64,000 nucleotides of DNA from Thermoplasmata archaeon (GTDB taxonomy: Archaea > Thermoplasmatota > Thermoplasmata > Lutacidiplasmatales > UBA184). This document shows, piece by piece, positions 45,810 to 55,866 of the stretch. The notes beneath the pieces are model-generated. The model did no database searches and was not told the DNA's origin. It saw only the letters and a program-made list of their open reading frames with translations. Position 1 is the stretch's first letter; every line of letters starts with the position of its first letter. Both the position numbers and the translations under genes were made by a program. The stretch lies in assembly GCA_021828195.1 (NCBI GenBank), contig JAKASQ010000002.1:276245-340244 (forward strand), written 5' to 3'.

Positions 45810-46513
45810 CGCGTGTTCGGCGGCCCCTTCGGGGAAGCGCGGTCCTGCTCTCGGGCGGCATGGACTCTGCGACGTGCCTCAGCCTGGCGGTCCAGGAATC
45901 CCCTCCGGTGCACGCCCTCACGGTCGTCTACGGTCAGCGCCACATGCGCGAGATCCGCTGCGCCCGGGCTCTCGCCCGGCACTACGGGATCGAGAAGCAC
46001 TCCGTGCTCGACATCCCGATCGGGCCGCTCCTCGACTCCGCCTTGACCGATCGTCGCCGGACGCTCCCTCGGGCCGGGACGAGAGGTCGAAGTGCCATCC
46101 CCTCGACATACGTCCCCGCCCGGAACACACTGCTGCTCGCGGTGGCTCTCGGTTATGCGGAGAGCCACCGGCTCGCGCGGATCTACCTCGGGGTGAACGC
46201 GGTCGATTACTCGGGCTACCCGGACTGTCGGCCGGAGTATCTCCGCGCGTTCGAGCGTCTCGCCCGGCTCGCCACCCGGGTGGGCGTTGAGGAGCACCGG
46301 TCGATCCACATCCGTGCGCCGCTCCTCCGAAAGTCCAAGGCCGACATCGTTCGCTGGGGGGAACGGCTCGGAGTCCCCTGGCGACTCACCTGGAGCTGCT
46401 ACGCGGGCGGCGCGGAACCCTGCGGGGTCTGCGACTCCTGCCGACTGCGCGCCCTTGGATTCCGGGAGGCTGGGGTGCGCGACCCCACCGTCCCTATGGG
46501 TCGAGCGGAGTGA
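45806..46513 (+). CDS. queC: 7-cyano-7-deazaguanine synthase
   Basis: LSGGMDS, YGQRH, TYVPARN, DYSGYPDCRPE, TWSCY, CGVCDSC; apparent CTG start overlapping upstream TGA. Confidence 0.92.
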   Translation: MTRVRRPLRGSAVLLSGGMDSATCLSLAVQESPPVHALTVVYGQRHMREIRCARALARHYGIEKHSVLDIPIGPLLDSALTDRRRTLPRAGTRGRSAIPSTYVPARNTLLLAVALGYAESHRLARIYLGVNAVDYSGYPDCRPEYLRAFERLARLATRVGVEEHRSIHIRAPLLRKSKADIVRWGERLGVPWRLTWSCYAGGAEPCGVCDSCRLRALGFREAGVRDPTVPMGRAE

Positions 46514-46970
46514 CCGTGGTTCCGCAGAACGCGCAGCGCTTCGCTCTGCGGTTGATCGTAGAGTAGCACTCGGGGCACTCCCGGGTCGTGGGCTTCGCCG
46601 CGGGGGCCCGGGCGGCCCGCCTACGCTCCATCCGCAACATCGGGTAGACGATGATCACGAAGACCACGCCGAGCACGATCAGGAAGTTGATCAGATCCTG
46701 GAAGAGGATCCCGAACGTGAAGGTACTTCCGCCCACCGTGACGTTCCCGACGTTGTTGAGATTCCCGTGGAAGACGAGTCCCACGGCGGGGCTGATCACG
46801 CTGCCGGTGATCCCGCCCACCACGGCCGTGACCGCGATGCCGACGACGATCCCCACGGCCATGTTGGCGAACGACGGGTTGCCGGCGAATTTCTTGAAGT
46901 CGGCCCACAGCCCCATCGGATTCCTCGGGGGCCCGCCCCCTCCGCCGGACCCGAGGGCTGGATTATACAC
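46494..46970 (-). CDS. mscL: MscL-family mechanosensitive channel with C-terminal zinc ribbon
   Basis: DFKKF, MAVGIVVG, FG..FQDLINFLI, RECPEC..RCAFC. Confidence 0.85.
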   Translation of the reverse strand: MYNPALGSGGGGGPPRNPMGLWADFKKFAGNPSFANMAVGIVVGIAVTAVVGGITGSVISPAVGLVFHGNLNNVGNVTVGGSTFTFGILFQDLINFLIVLGVVFVIIVYPMLRMERRRAARAPAAKPTTRECPECYSTINRRAKRCAFCGTTVTPLDP

Positions 46971-46994
46971 CCTTGGTTGTGACGCCGGGCTCGA

Positions 46995-48785
46995 TCACAT
47001 CGAGTCCAGCCGGGCGATGCCGAGGAGCTCGAGCGCGTTGCCGAGCGTCTGTCGGGTGGCGGCGACCAGGGCGAGCCGGCTCGGGCGATCCTCTCCCGAC
47101 GTGAGCACCGGCACGGCGTGGTAGAACCGGTTGAACTGATCGGCGAGCTCGTGGGCGTAGCCCGCGACGGAATGGACGTGACCGGTGCGCGCGACTTCGC
47201 GGACGACCCGCGGGAAGCGGGCCAAGATCCGGATGAGCGCCTGCTCCTCGACCCCGAGCAGCCGCTCGACCGAGTAGGTGCTTCCGGGGTGCGGCTCCTC
47301 CGAGCGCTCAAGGATGCTCGTCGCCCGCGCGAACGCGTACTGGATGAACGGGCCCGACCGGCCCTCGAAGGACAGCGCGTCCTCCCACTGGAAGATGACG
47401 GGTTTCTCCGGGGCGACCCGGACGATGTGGTAGCGGATGGCACCCGTGGCGACGGCTTCCGCGATCCGCTCCAGGTCGGCCCTTCCGAGGTCGGGTCGGC
47501 GGGCGACGACCTCAGCGCGAGCCCGTTGAACGGCCTCCTCGATGAGCTCGTGCAACCAGACCGCGGTCCCGCCTCGGGTCGACATCCGGCCCCCTCCGGG
47601 CACGGTGAGGTCCTGGTAGATTACGAACGTCGGACGTCGCGATTCGCCGATCTCGGCGAGGAGCGCATCGAGGGTCTTGGAGTGGAGCCGGTGATCCTGC
47701 CCGAGGACGTCGATCACGCGCTCGAAGCGGGCAAACTTGGACAGATGGTAGGCGATGTCCCGGGTGACGTAGAGGCTGGTGCCGTTGGCGCGGGTGTAGA
47801 CGACGGTCGCCGACTCCTTCGGGAGCCCGTACGCCGAGACATCGATCGCTCCGGCTCCGTTCGGTTGGCGGGCGGCATGGGGCGCTCGGTCCAATCGTTC
47901 GATCACCCCGTCGACCGAGTGATCGTGCAGGAAGGAGGACTCCCAGACGAACTCGTCGAACCGGATCCCGATCCGGTCCAGGCCCGCCAGCATTCCGGCG
48001 AGGATCTTCTCGATCAGCTCGCGGTGGAGCGGAGGAGGGGCTCCGGATTCGATCTGCTGGACGAGGGCCGCGACCTCGGCTTGGGCGTCGGGATGTTCCT
48101 TGAGGTACGCGCTCACGAATGGATACGGCCGTCCCAGCCGGGCGTCCTCGCTCATGCCCTCCGGGGGCGACGCGGCGGCTCCGACGGCAATCTCGACCGG
48201 CCACTCCGACGGCGGCTTCGACCAGATCCACGTGATCATCGCGGCCTGCCGTCCGAGATCGTCCACGTAGTACTGGGTCGTCAGCGGAGCGCCCGAGGCG
48301 CGCAAGACCCGAGCGAGCGTATCTCCCACGATGCCGTTGCGCACGCGGCCGATGTGCAACGGGCCGGTGGGATTCGCGCTCGTGTGCTCTACGCACGTCA
48401 TCGTGGAGGTCGGTTCACCGTGGCCGTAGCGCTCGGCGCGCGCGAACACCCGGGAGAGGGTCTCGGTCGCCAGGAGCGCGGGGTCCACCCGGAGGTTCAC
48501 GAAGGCGCCGGTGGAGGATACCGAGACGACCCCCGGGATCGGAGCGAGGTGCCCGACGAGCGATCCCGCGAACTCTTCGGGAACCTGCCGGAGGGTCTTC
48601 GCGAAGCGATGGGTCGGAAGCGCGATGTCGCCTTCCGCGCTCCCATCCAGATCGAGCATGGTCCGAAGTGCCTCGGGAGTGGTAGTGGCCCCGGCGTCAC
48701 GGCAGCCTTGGACGAGCCCGTCCACGATGCGGTCGAGCAGCGCCGACCACGGGTCGGGCGAGAGTTCGTTCGTCGGCGGTGACAT
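46995..48785 (-). CDS. argS: Arginyl-tRNA synthetase
   Basis: EHTSANPTGPLHIGRVRN, MSTRGG, FIQYA, FNRFY. Confidence 0.96.
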   Translation of the reverse strand: MSPPTNELSPDPWSALLDRIVDGLVQGCRDAGATTTPEALRTMLDLDGSAEGDIALPTHRFAKTLRQVPEEFAGSLVGHLAPIPGVVSVSSTGAFVNLRVDPALLATETLSRVFARAERYGHGEPTSTMTCVEHTSANPTGPLHIGRVRNGIVGDTLARVLRASGAPLTTQYYVDDLGRQAAMITWIWSKPPSEWPVEIAVGAAASPPEGMSEDARLGRPYPFVSAYLKEHPDAQAEVAALVQQIESGAPPPLHRELIEKILAGMLAGLDRIGIRFDEFVWESSFLHDHSVDGVIERLDRAPHAARQPNGAGAIDVSAYGLPKESATVVYTRANGTSLYVTRDIAYHLSKFARFERVIDVLGQDHRLHSKTLDALLAEIGESRRPTFVIYQDLTVPGGGRMSTRGGTAVWLHELIEEAVQRARAEVVARRPDLGRADLERIAEAVATGAIRYHIVRVAPEKPVIFQWEDALSFEGRSGPFIQYAFARATSILERSEEPHPGSTYSVERLLGVEEQALIRILARFPRVVREVARTGHVHSVAGYAHELADQFNRFYHAVPVLTSGEDRPSRLALVAATRQTLGNALELLGIARLDSM

Positions 48786-48841
48786 TGCTTCGCGCTCGCG
48801 GGGAGAACGCTTTAGCGGAAGGTTCGCCTTAACGATTCTCC

Positions 48842-49741
48842 ATGGCGGGGCTTCTGCTCGTTCGGTACGGCGAGCTCGGCCTCAAATCTCCGCCGGTGCG
48901 CCGGCAGTTCGAGCGCCAGCTGCGCCGCAACGTGCTCGACCAGTTCGTTGCGGAGGGGATCACGGGGCGATTGCGCTCCGACCGGGGGCACCTCTACGTC
49001 GAGGTCGACGATCCGGCGCGCGCGCTCCGGGTGCTCCGTCGCGTCTTCGGAGTCACCAGCGCCAGCGTGGTACACGAGGTGCCGACGGAGCGCACCGTCA
49101 TCCGAGACCGTCTCCTTGAGCTCGCCGATCCGCTCCTGACCCCGGGCATCTCCTTCGCCGTGCGGGCGCGACGGACCGGAACCCATCCGTTCACCAGTCA
49201 GGAGCTCGCTCGAGACCTGGGCGCCGATCTCATCGATCGTTTCGGCGACCGAGGTCTCAAGGTGAACCTGGATCATCCCGAACTCGAGTTGTTCGTGGAG
49301 GTGCGCGGACCTCGGACCTATCTGTACCTCGGACGCGAATCCGGGCCCGGCGGACTTCCGTTGGGCGTTGCCGGCCACGTCGTCGCGCTCGTCGACGGTC
49401 CCCGAGGTGCGCTCGGAGCGTACCTTCTGATGAAGCGCGGCTGCCGAGCGGCGATCGTGGAGACCCCGTCGGGCGCGGAACCCGTCGAGCGCGTGCTCCG
49501 GGTCTTCGACCCCCACCTGCGCGTCGAGCGATCGGCCGCCGATCCGGGGTCCTGGGAGCCGGCGCTCGCCCGGCTCGCGGAGGAATCCGATGCCGATGGG
49601 GTGGTGTTGCCGATCGATGTGGCGGGGTACGTCCCGGCCCGCGAGCGCTGGGGCGAGCGCGTCCTGTTCTCGCCGACCGTGGGATGGACGGAAGGGGAGG
49701 TGGCGGATCGATGGGAGCGGATCACGGCACTCCTCGCGTGA
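48842..49741 (+). CDS. ThiI-like THUMP protein with degenerate PP-loop domain
   Basis: VRYGELGLKS, VFGV, THUMP, GPGGLPLG, MKRG; SGGxDS replaced by DGPRG. Confidence 0.85.
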   Translation: MAGLLLVRYGELGLKSPPVRRQFERQLRRNVLDQFVAEGITGRLRSDRGHLYVEVDDPARALRVLRRVFGVTSASVVHEVPTERTVIRDRLLELADPLLTPGISFAVRARRTGTHPFTSQELARDLGADLIDRFGDRGLKVNLDHPELELFVEVRGPRTYLYLGRESGPGGLPLGVAGHVVALVDGPRGALGAYLLMKRGCRAAIVETPSGAEPVERVLRVFDPHLRVERSAADPGSWEPALARLAEESDADGVVLPIDVAGYVPARERWGERVLFSPTVGWTEGEVADRWERITALLA

Positions 49742-49968
49742 GTCAGCATCGCCTGGACGGCTCGCCGCCGAAGGATCCACCCTCCACCGGATCCCTTCCG
49801 GCGGAGCGAGCGCTTCTCGCCCCGAGCGCTCCCGGGGCCACCGAGTCGATGGCTCCCGGTGGGGATGACACGGCGCTCGTCGAGCGCCGCCGTCAATGGG
49901 CGATCGAACGAGCGCGTTTCGAAGCGGCCCATCCTCCGCCCCGAACCGAGGCGCCCGAGATCGACTGA
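49738..49968 (+). CDS. Small hypothetical protein
   Basis: GTGA overlap with the upstream stop; Pro-rich, no motif. Confidence 0.45.
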   Translation: MSQHRLDGSPPKDPPSTGSLPAERALLAPSAPGATESMAPGGDDTALVERRRQWAIERARFEAAHPPPRTEAPEID

Positions 49969-50046
49969 GCGCGCGCCTCGGACCTCCGCAACACGATGGG
50001 CTAGCCTAATAGGCACCGAGGGTGGTCGATTCTCCACCCCCCTTCC

Positions 50047-50235
50047 ATGCCGATGTACACCATTTCGGGCCGGTTCTATGCGCGCCGGGACGACTGGCAA
50101 GTGTTCCACAAGCAGCACGACGCCCCCACGCCCGACCAGGCACGGGAGTGGGCGCTCAGCGAGATCGGAGGTTGCCATGGGATCCAGCGGCGGAACATCC
50201 GTATCGACACCATCGCCGAGGTACTGCCCGAATGA
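50047..50235 (+). CDS. rpl18a: 50S ribosomal protein L18Ae (LX/eL20)
   Basis: YTISG.F...WQVF.K...A.E..LSEIGGCHGIQRRNI.I; canonical position before pfdA-ftsY. Confidence 0.88.
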   Translation: MPMYTISGRFYARRDDWQVFHKQHDAPTPDQAREWALSEIGGCHGIQRRNIRIDTIAEVLPE

Positions 50236-50708
50236 GCGCCGGGTCGCGCGAGGTCGTGACCGAGGAGCAGGTCCAAGAGGAGCTGATGCGCCTCGAGGCG
50301 TACCGCAACCAGCTCAACGCGCTCCTCCAGCAACACCAGCTGCTGGGCTCTTCGCGGATCGAGCACGACCGCGCCCGTGAGACGCTCGAGGCGCTCGACC
50401 GGCTGAGCACGGACAGCGAGATCGTCATCCCACTCGGCGGGGACGCCTACGTGCGCGGCAGTGCCGCGCGCGGCACCCAGGTCCTTCTCGGCATCGGCAG
50501 CGGGGTGGTCGTCGAGATGGAACGCCCTCAAGTCGTCGAGATCCTGGCCCAGCGACTCACCCGGATCGATCAGGCCGCCCAGGAGATGGGCGAGCAGATC
50601 CATACGCTCGAGGAGCGCGTCGAACTGATCTCGCAGCGCCTGGACTCGCTCTCTCGCGCACCGTCCCCCGCGGGTGGGACGGGAGCCTCCGATGTGGGCG
50701 GCGCTTAA
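50232..50708 (+). CDS. pfdA: Prefoldin subunit alpha
   Basis: Coiled coils flanking IPLGGDAYV...LGIGSGVVVE hairpins. Confidence 0.92.
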   Translation: MSAGSREVVTEEQVQEELMRLEAYRNQLNALLQQHQLLGSSRIEHDRARETLEALDRLSTDSEIVIPLGGDAYVRGSAARGTQVLLGIGSGVVVEMERPQVVEILAQRLTRIDQAAQEMGEQIHTLEERVELISQRLDSLSRAPSPAGGTGASDVGGA

Positions 50709-51753
50709 GGCGCGCCTGCGACGCTCCGCCGGCCCGGACCCCTCGTCCGAGCCTGCGACCTTCGTGACTCCCCCCGGTCCCGAACCCTCGGGCTCGCCGG
50801 CGCATCCGAGCCGCCCCGGCCCTTCGGCTCCCGCGAGAGCCACCCCGTCCTCTGCGCCCCCTACGGAGGAGATGTTCTCGGAAGGAGTGCTCGGCCGGAG
50901 ACTGCGCGAGGCGACCTTGGACGAGATCTTCCAGGATCTCGAACTCGTTCTATTGCAGGCGGACGTTGCACTGCCCGTGATCGAGCGCATGGAGGCCGAT
51001 TTGCGCAAGGAGCTCACCGGGCGCAAGCTGCGCTGGGGAGTGGACGTCGAGATGGCCGTCCGGGGTTGTCTCGAACGGTCCGCGCGGGCGATCCTCGCCC
51101 AGCCGGCGATCGACGTGGCGGGCGCGGCCCGGGCGCAGGACCCGAAGCCGTACATCATTCTCTTCTTGGGGGTGAACGGGACCGGGAAGACGACCACGGT
51201 CGCGAAGATCGCGGGCTGGCTGCGCGAGCGAGGGCTCACGAGCGTGATCGCGGCCGGGGACACCTTCCGGGCCGGAGCGATCGACCAGCTGCTCATCCAC
51301 GGCGAAAACCTCGGCATCCGAGTGGTGCGTCAGCAGGAGGGCAGCGACCCGGCGGCGGTTGCGTTCGACGCCATCGCGCATGCCCGCGCGAAGAAGGTCG
51401 ATGTCGTCCTCATCGATACCGCCGGTCGCCAGAACACCAACGACAACCTGATCCAAGAGGCGAAGAAGATCCGCCGGATCGCGAACCCGAACCTCACTCT
51501 GTTCGTCGGGGACGCCCTCAGCGGTAACGATGTGGCCACGCAAGCCCAGCTGTTCAAGGAGGCGCTCGGCATCGATGGGATCGTCCTGACCAAGCTGGAC
51601 GCCGATGTCCGCGGCGGGGCGGCCCTCAGCGTCGCCTACGTCGTCCACAAGCCGATCGTGTTCGTGGGCGTCGGTCAGAGCTACTCGGATCTCGCCGCGT
51701 TCGACCCGGATTGGCTCGTGCGGCGCCTGTTCTCCGAGGAGGGAGCCGGGTGA
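50692..51753 (+). CDS. ftsY: SRP receptor GTPase
   Basis: GVNGTGKTTT, DTFRAGA, DTAGR, TKLD, GVGQ. Confidence 0.96.
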   Translation: MWAALKARLRRSAGPDPSSEPATFVTPPGPEPSGSPAHPSRPGPSAPARATPSSAPPTEEMFSEGVLGRRLREATLDEIFQDLELVLLQADVALPVIERMEADLRKELTGRKLRWGVDVEMAVRGCLERSARAILAQPAIDVAGAARAQDPKPYIILFLGVNGTGKTTTVAKIAGWLRERGLTSVIAAGDTFRAGAIDQLLIHGENLGIRVVRQQEGSDPAAVAFDAIAHARAKKVDVVLIDTAGRQNTNDNLIQEAKKIRRIANPNLTLFVGDALSGNDVATQAQLFKEALGIDGIVLTKLDADVRGGAALSVAYVVHKPIVFVGVGQSYSDLAAFDPDWLVRRLFSEEGAG

Positions 51754-52478
51754 CGGCCCCGATCGATGTGGTCCTCGTCCGACCCAAAGAGGACGGCAAC
51801 GTCGGCGCGGTGGCCCGGGCCGCCAAGAACTTCGGCGCGGAGCGTCTCATCTTCGTCGCCCCACGCGCGAAGCTCGGAGTCGAGGCCCGTCGCCGGTCGA
51901 TGGCCGGTCTCCCGCTCCTGAAAGCCGCGCACACCTACTCCACGCTCGACAAGGCCGTGGCCAGCGCGGACCTCGTGGTCGGAACGACGGACCTGTCCAC
52001 CGGTCGGTCGACCGGCTACCTGCGCCGCTCGGTGAGCCCCGAGCGGTTGGGGGACGTTCTCGACTCCCTCGTGGGGCGCGTCGCGATCGTCTTCGGGCCC
52101 GAGGACAACGGCCTCTCCCGGGCGGAGCTCTTGAGATGCGATCTGCTCGTCCACATCCCCGCACGCCGCGAGTTCCCCACCCTCAACCTCTCCCACGCGG
52201 CCGCGATCGTGCTCTACGCGATGCATCGCTCGCGCCGCGGGCAGGCCTCCGAGAGCACGCCCGCTCCCGAGGAGCTCGAGATTAACGGCCCCGAGAAGGA
52301 GCTCCTCCTTCGGCGGCTCGGGGAGCTCATGGAGCGGACCGGCTACCCCGGGCACAAGCGACGGGGTTTAATCCTCCTCTTCCGTCGCGTCTTCGGCCGA
52401 GCCACCCCCACCGAGGCGGAATTCCGCATGATGCTCGGTTTCGTCAAGGGGGTGGAGCGGTCGCTTCCCCGAAAGTAG
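51750..52478 (+). CDS. trmJ: TrmJ-family SPOUT tRNA methyltransferase
   Basis: GNVGAVARAAKNFG, VFGPEDNGL, PTLNLSHA. Confidence 0.9.
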   Translation: MTAPIDVVLVRPKEDGNVGAVARAAKNFGAERLIFVAPRAKLGVEARRRSMAGLPLLKAAHTYSTLDKAVASADLVVGTTDLSTGRSTGYLRRSVSPERLGDVLDSLVGRVAIVFGPEDNGLSRAELLRCDLLVHIPARREFPTLNLSHAAAIVLYAMHRSRRGQASESTPAPEELEINGPEKELLLRRLGELMERTGYPGHKRRGLILLFRRVFGRATPTEAEFRMMLGFVKGVERSLPRK

Positions 52479-52479
52479 C

Positions 52480-52890
52480 ATGTCCGAGAACGTAGATTGG
52501 CTCCGGGCCCGCGGTATTGGCCGAGAACGCTTCGCCGGATACATCATCGAGTACCTGGGCACCCTCGGCTATACGATCGAGCGCACCGAGACCACCGAGC
52601 CGATGGAGAGCCACCTCACCGCCCACCTGAACAAACAGAATCCTTCGATCCCGCCGTCGGCGAGTGACCTCGTGTTCCGACTGTACCCAACGAGCGGCGG
52701 GGCCGCCCTGATCTGGGAGGCCCCTCGGGCCGTCGCCCCGGAGGACCGTGCCGGGATGGATCGGTTCGTCCGCGAGATCTCGCTGCACCTCGAGCGCTCA
52801 ATCGCGACCGAGAGCCACGCCACGGCGAAGGTCGTCCGGCCGGCCGAATCACGCCTCCCGTGGATCGCCCCCTCCGCCGCTCCTCCCTGA
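52480..52890 (+). CDS. Hypothetical protein
   Basis: ATG 1 nt after trmJ stop; coding-like composition. Confidence 0.7.
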   Translation: MSENVDWLRARGIGRERFAGYIIEYLGTLGYTIERTETTEPMESHLTAHLNKQNPSIPPSASDLVFRLYPTSGGAALIWEAPRAVAPEDRAGMDRFVREISLHLERSIATESHATAKVVRPAESRLPWIAPSAAPP

Positions 52891-52945
52891 GCCGCCATCG
52901 CGCGGACCCGGGCCCGACCCTCGGGATCACGGACGGACCACCGGC

Positions 52946-53884
52946 TCAATGCGCCCCGGGCTCGGACGCCGCTTCCGCGACGAGCCGGGCCTCTCCCGGC
53001 GGTCCGGGACTCCTTCGACCGAGCCCGACCACGAGCTGCACCCCGACCAAGATCAGGGCGAGGCCCGCGATGGTCCCTGGGCCGATGGGCTCTCCGAGCA
53101 ACAGGTGACCCCACAACACCCCGAAGATCGGCATCAAGAAAGTGACGCTGAGGGCCTGGGTCGGTCCGGCCACCTGGAGGATGTGGAAGTACAGCAGATA
53201 CGCCAACACCGTCGAGAGCAGGGCAAGACCGAGCATCGCTTCGACCGCGAGCGGCGTGAACCGAGCGCTCGGGACCTCGACGAGGGCGAAGGGAAGGAGC
53301 ATCGCTCCCGCCGCGAGCTGCTGGCCCATCGAGATGGTGATCGGCGGAACGTTACGGAACTCGCGGTGGAGATAGAGCGCCGCGATCCCGTAGGAGCCGG
53401 CCGCCAGGAGCGAGAGGACGACCGATATCAGGATCCCGGTCGTCAGCGGGAACGGAGCAACGCCCACCGCGATACCCACGCCGACGATTCCCAGGAGAAG
53501 GCCGAGGGAGGTGCGGCGAGAGAGCGCCGCGCTCAGGAAGGAGACCGCGAGAACGGTCGAGAAGATCGGTGCGGTGGAGTTGAGCAGCGCGGCGTACGAC
53601 GCGGGCAGCTCGAGCTCGCTGATCGCGATCAGTGTGAACGGGAGGGCTGCATTCAGCGCTCCGAGGATGAAGTAGGCCCTCCAGCGGCTTCGAAGATCGG
53701 GAAACCGCGTGCGCCACTGGCCCGATGCTGCGATGTAGGCCAGCACCACGCCGGCGGCGACGAGAACCCGAAGGTCGATGAGCAGTGCCGGCCCGAGGAG
53801 GGGGGAGGCGACTTGAATGAAGACGTAGGAAAGCCCCCAGATGGCGCTGAGCACGACAAGATAGACGTACTCCCGAGCGTGCAT
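52946..53884 (-). CDS. EamA/DMT-family transporter
   Basis: [32 protein letters not shown]; about 10 TM helices. Confidence 0.92.
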   Translation of the reverse strand: MHAREYVYLVVLSAIWGLSYVFIQVASPLLGPALLIDLRVLVAAGVVLAYIAASGQWRTRFPDLRSRWRAYFILGALNAALPFTLIAISELELPASYAALLNSTAPIFSTVLAVSFLSAALSRRTSLGLLLGIVGVGIAVGVAPFPLTTGILISVVLSLLAAGSYGIAALYLHREFRNVPPITISMGQQLAAGAMLLPFALVEVPSARFTPLAVEAMLGLALLSTVLAYLLYFHILQVAGPTQALSVTFLMPIFGVLWGHLLLGEPIGPGTIAGLALILVGVQLVVGLGRRSPGPPGEARLVAEAASEPGAH

Positions 53885-54036
53885 CGTGGACTCGACGGTC
53901 GTCCGAGGGAGGGCGCTCGGTGGAAAGCGATTATCACACCGGACGGCTCGCCTCGCCGTCGGTCCCGATCCCGACAAGGAAGGGATCGGCGCGGGACCGT
54001 CCCTCTCCCGAAGACACCCCTTCGAGGATAAGTCAG

Positions 54037-54045
54037 TATTAAATA
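54037..54045 (+). promoter_or_regulatory. TATA box of thermosome gene
   Basis: TATTAAATA ~55 nt upstream of ATG; GGAGG SD at ~54087-54091. Confidence 0.65.
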
Positions 54046-54100
54046 CAACCGCAATTCTACTTGATCGGACCACCTAGAGGATTCTCGGAGGAAAAAGTCG

Positions 54101-55783
54101 ATGATGTCTGGACAAACGCCGATTCTGGTGCTGCGGGAAGGAACGAAGCGAGAGAAGGGCCGGGGCGCCCTCGCGAACAACATCGCGGCGGCCAAGGCGA
54201 TTGCGGACTCCGTCCGCTCGACGCTCGGGCCGCGCGGTCTCGACAAGATGCTGGTCGATTCGATGGGCGACGTAGTCGTCACGAACGACGGTGTCACCAT
54301 CCTGAAGGAGATGGACGTCGAGCATCCGGCCGCGAAGATGCTGGTCGAGGTGGCCAAGACCCAGGACCAGGAAGCCGGGGACGGGACGACCACCGCGGTC
54401 GTGCTGACCGGAGAGCTCCTGAAGCGGGCCGAGGGCCTCATCGAGCAGGACATCCACCCCACGCTGATCAGCCAGGGCTACCGCCTGGCCTCGACCAAGG
54501 CGCTGGAGATCCTCAACCAGATCGGTCAGCCGATCAAGATCGAGGACCACGCGATGCTCGCCACGATCGCGACGACCGCGATGGCGTCGAAGGCCGTCTC
54601 CTTCAACCGCAACGCGCTCTCCGAGATCTCGGTGAACGCGGTGACCGCCGTAGCGGAGAAGAAGAGCGCGGGCTACTCGGTCGATCTCGACAACATCCAG
54701 CTGATCAAGAAGCAGGGAGGCGCGATGACCGACACCGAGCTCATCGAAGGGGTCATCGTGGACAAGGAGAAGGTGCACACGGGCATGCCGACGAGCGTCA
54801 AGAACCCGAAGATCGCCCTCCTCGATGCCGCCCTCGAGATCAAGAAGACCGAGATCGATGCCAAGATCGAGATCAACGAACCGTCGCAGCTCAACGCCTT
54901 CCTCCAAGAGGAGGAGAGCATGCTCCGCCGGATGGTCGACCAGGTCAAGAAGTCCGGTGCGAACGTCGTCTTCTGCCAGAAGGGGATCGACGACCTCGCG
55001 CAGCACTACCTCGCGAAGGAAGGGATTTACGCGGTCCGTCGCGTCAAGAAGTCCGATATGGAGAAGCTCTCGAAGGCGACGGGCGCGAACGTCGTGTCGA
55101 AGATCTCCGAGCTCGCGGCCGACGACGTCGGCACGGCCGGTCTAGTCGAGGAGCGCAAGATCGGAGACGACTCCCTCACGTTCGTGACGGGCTGCAAGAA
55201 GGCCCGCGCGGTGAGCATCCTGATCCGCGGCGGCACGGAGCACGTGCTTGATGAGATCGAGCGCTCGCTCGACGACGCGCTCAACGTGGTCGCGGTGGCC
55301 ATCGAGGACGGGAAGTACGTCTACGGCGGCGGGGCGACGGCCAGTGAGCTCGCGCTGCAGCTCCGGGACGAGGCTGCGAAGATCGGGGGCCGTGAACAGA
55401 TGGCCTACGAGAGCTTCGCGGAGTCGCTCGAGGCGATCCCACGCACCCTCGCCGAGAATGCCGGGCTCGATCCGATCGACATCCTGATCGAGCTGCGCAA
55501 GGCCCACAAGTCCGGCAACAAGCCGGCCGGGGTCAACGTTCACGCGGGCAAGGTCGACGACATGGGCAAGCTCCACATCATCGAGCCGATCCGGGTCGGG
55601 CGCCAGGCGATTCAGAGCGCCACGGATGCCGCGGTCATGATCCTGAGGATCGACGACGTCATCGCCTCCAAGTCGAGCCCCCCTCCCGCCGGTGGTGGCG
55701 GCGGTGGCGGCGGCATGGGTGGGATGGGCGGCATGGGCGGTATGGGTGGCATGGGCGGCATGGACGGCGGCGACTTCGACTAG
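54101..55783 (+). CDS. ths: Thermosome (group II chaperonin) subunit
   Basis: [32 protein letters not shown]-terminal GGM repeats. Confidence 0.98.
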   Translation: MMSGQTPILVLREGTKREKGRGALANNIAAAKAIADSVRSTLGPRGLDKMLVDSMGDVVVTNDGVTILKEMDVEHPAAKMLVEVAKTQDQEAGDGTTTAVVLTGELLKRAEGLIEQDIHPTLISQGYRLASTKALEILNQIGQPIKIEDHAMLATIATTAMASKAVSFNRNALSEISVNAVTAVAEKKSAGYSVDLDNIQLIKKQGGAMTDTELIEGVIVDKEKVHTGMPTSVKNPKIALLDAALEIKKTEIDAKIEINEPSQLNAFLQEEESMLRRMVDQVKKSGANVVFCQKGIDDLAQHYLAKEGIYAVRRVKKSDMEKLSKATGANVVSKISELAADDVGTAGLVEERKIGDDSLTFVTGCKKARAVSILIRGGTEHVLDEIERSLDDALNVVAVAIEDGKYVYGGGATASELALQLRDEAAKIGGREQMAYESFAESLEAIPRTLAENAGLDPIDILIELRKAHKSGNKPAGVNVHAGKVDDMGKLHIIEPIRVGRQAIQSATDAAVMILRIDDVIASKSSPPPAGGGGGGGGMGGMGGMGGMGGMGGMDGGDFD

Positions 55784-55825
55784 ATCGAAGACCGACCGTC
55801 CACCGAGCTTCAACATTTTCCGAAC

Positions 55826-55849
55826 GGCCCCGGGGCGAACCCCGGGGTC
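55826..55849. terminator. GC-rich hairpin between convergent genes
   Basis: GGCCCCGGGG-CGAA-CCCCGGGGTC. Confidence 0.4.
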
Positions 55850-55866
55850 GGACGTTTCTCAAACCG

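Noticed and set aside
46494..46600. Zinc ribbon on MscL as a novelty
   Set aside because: C-terminal CxxC-CxxC extensions on MscL homologs are, to my knowledge, already widespread
55690..55770. GGC/ATG tandem repeat
   Set aside because: Encodes the ordinary GGM tail of chaperonins
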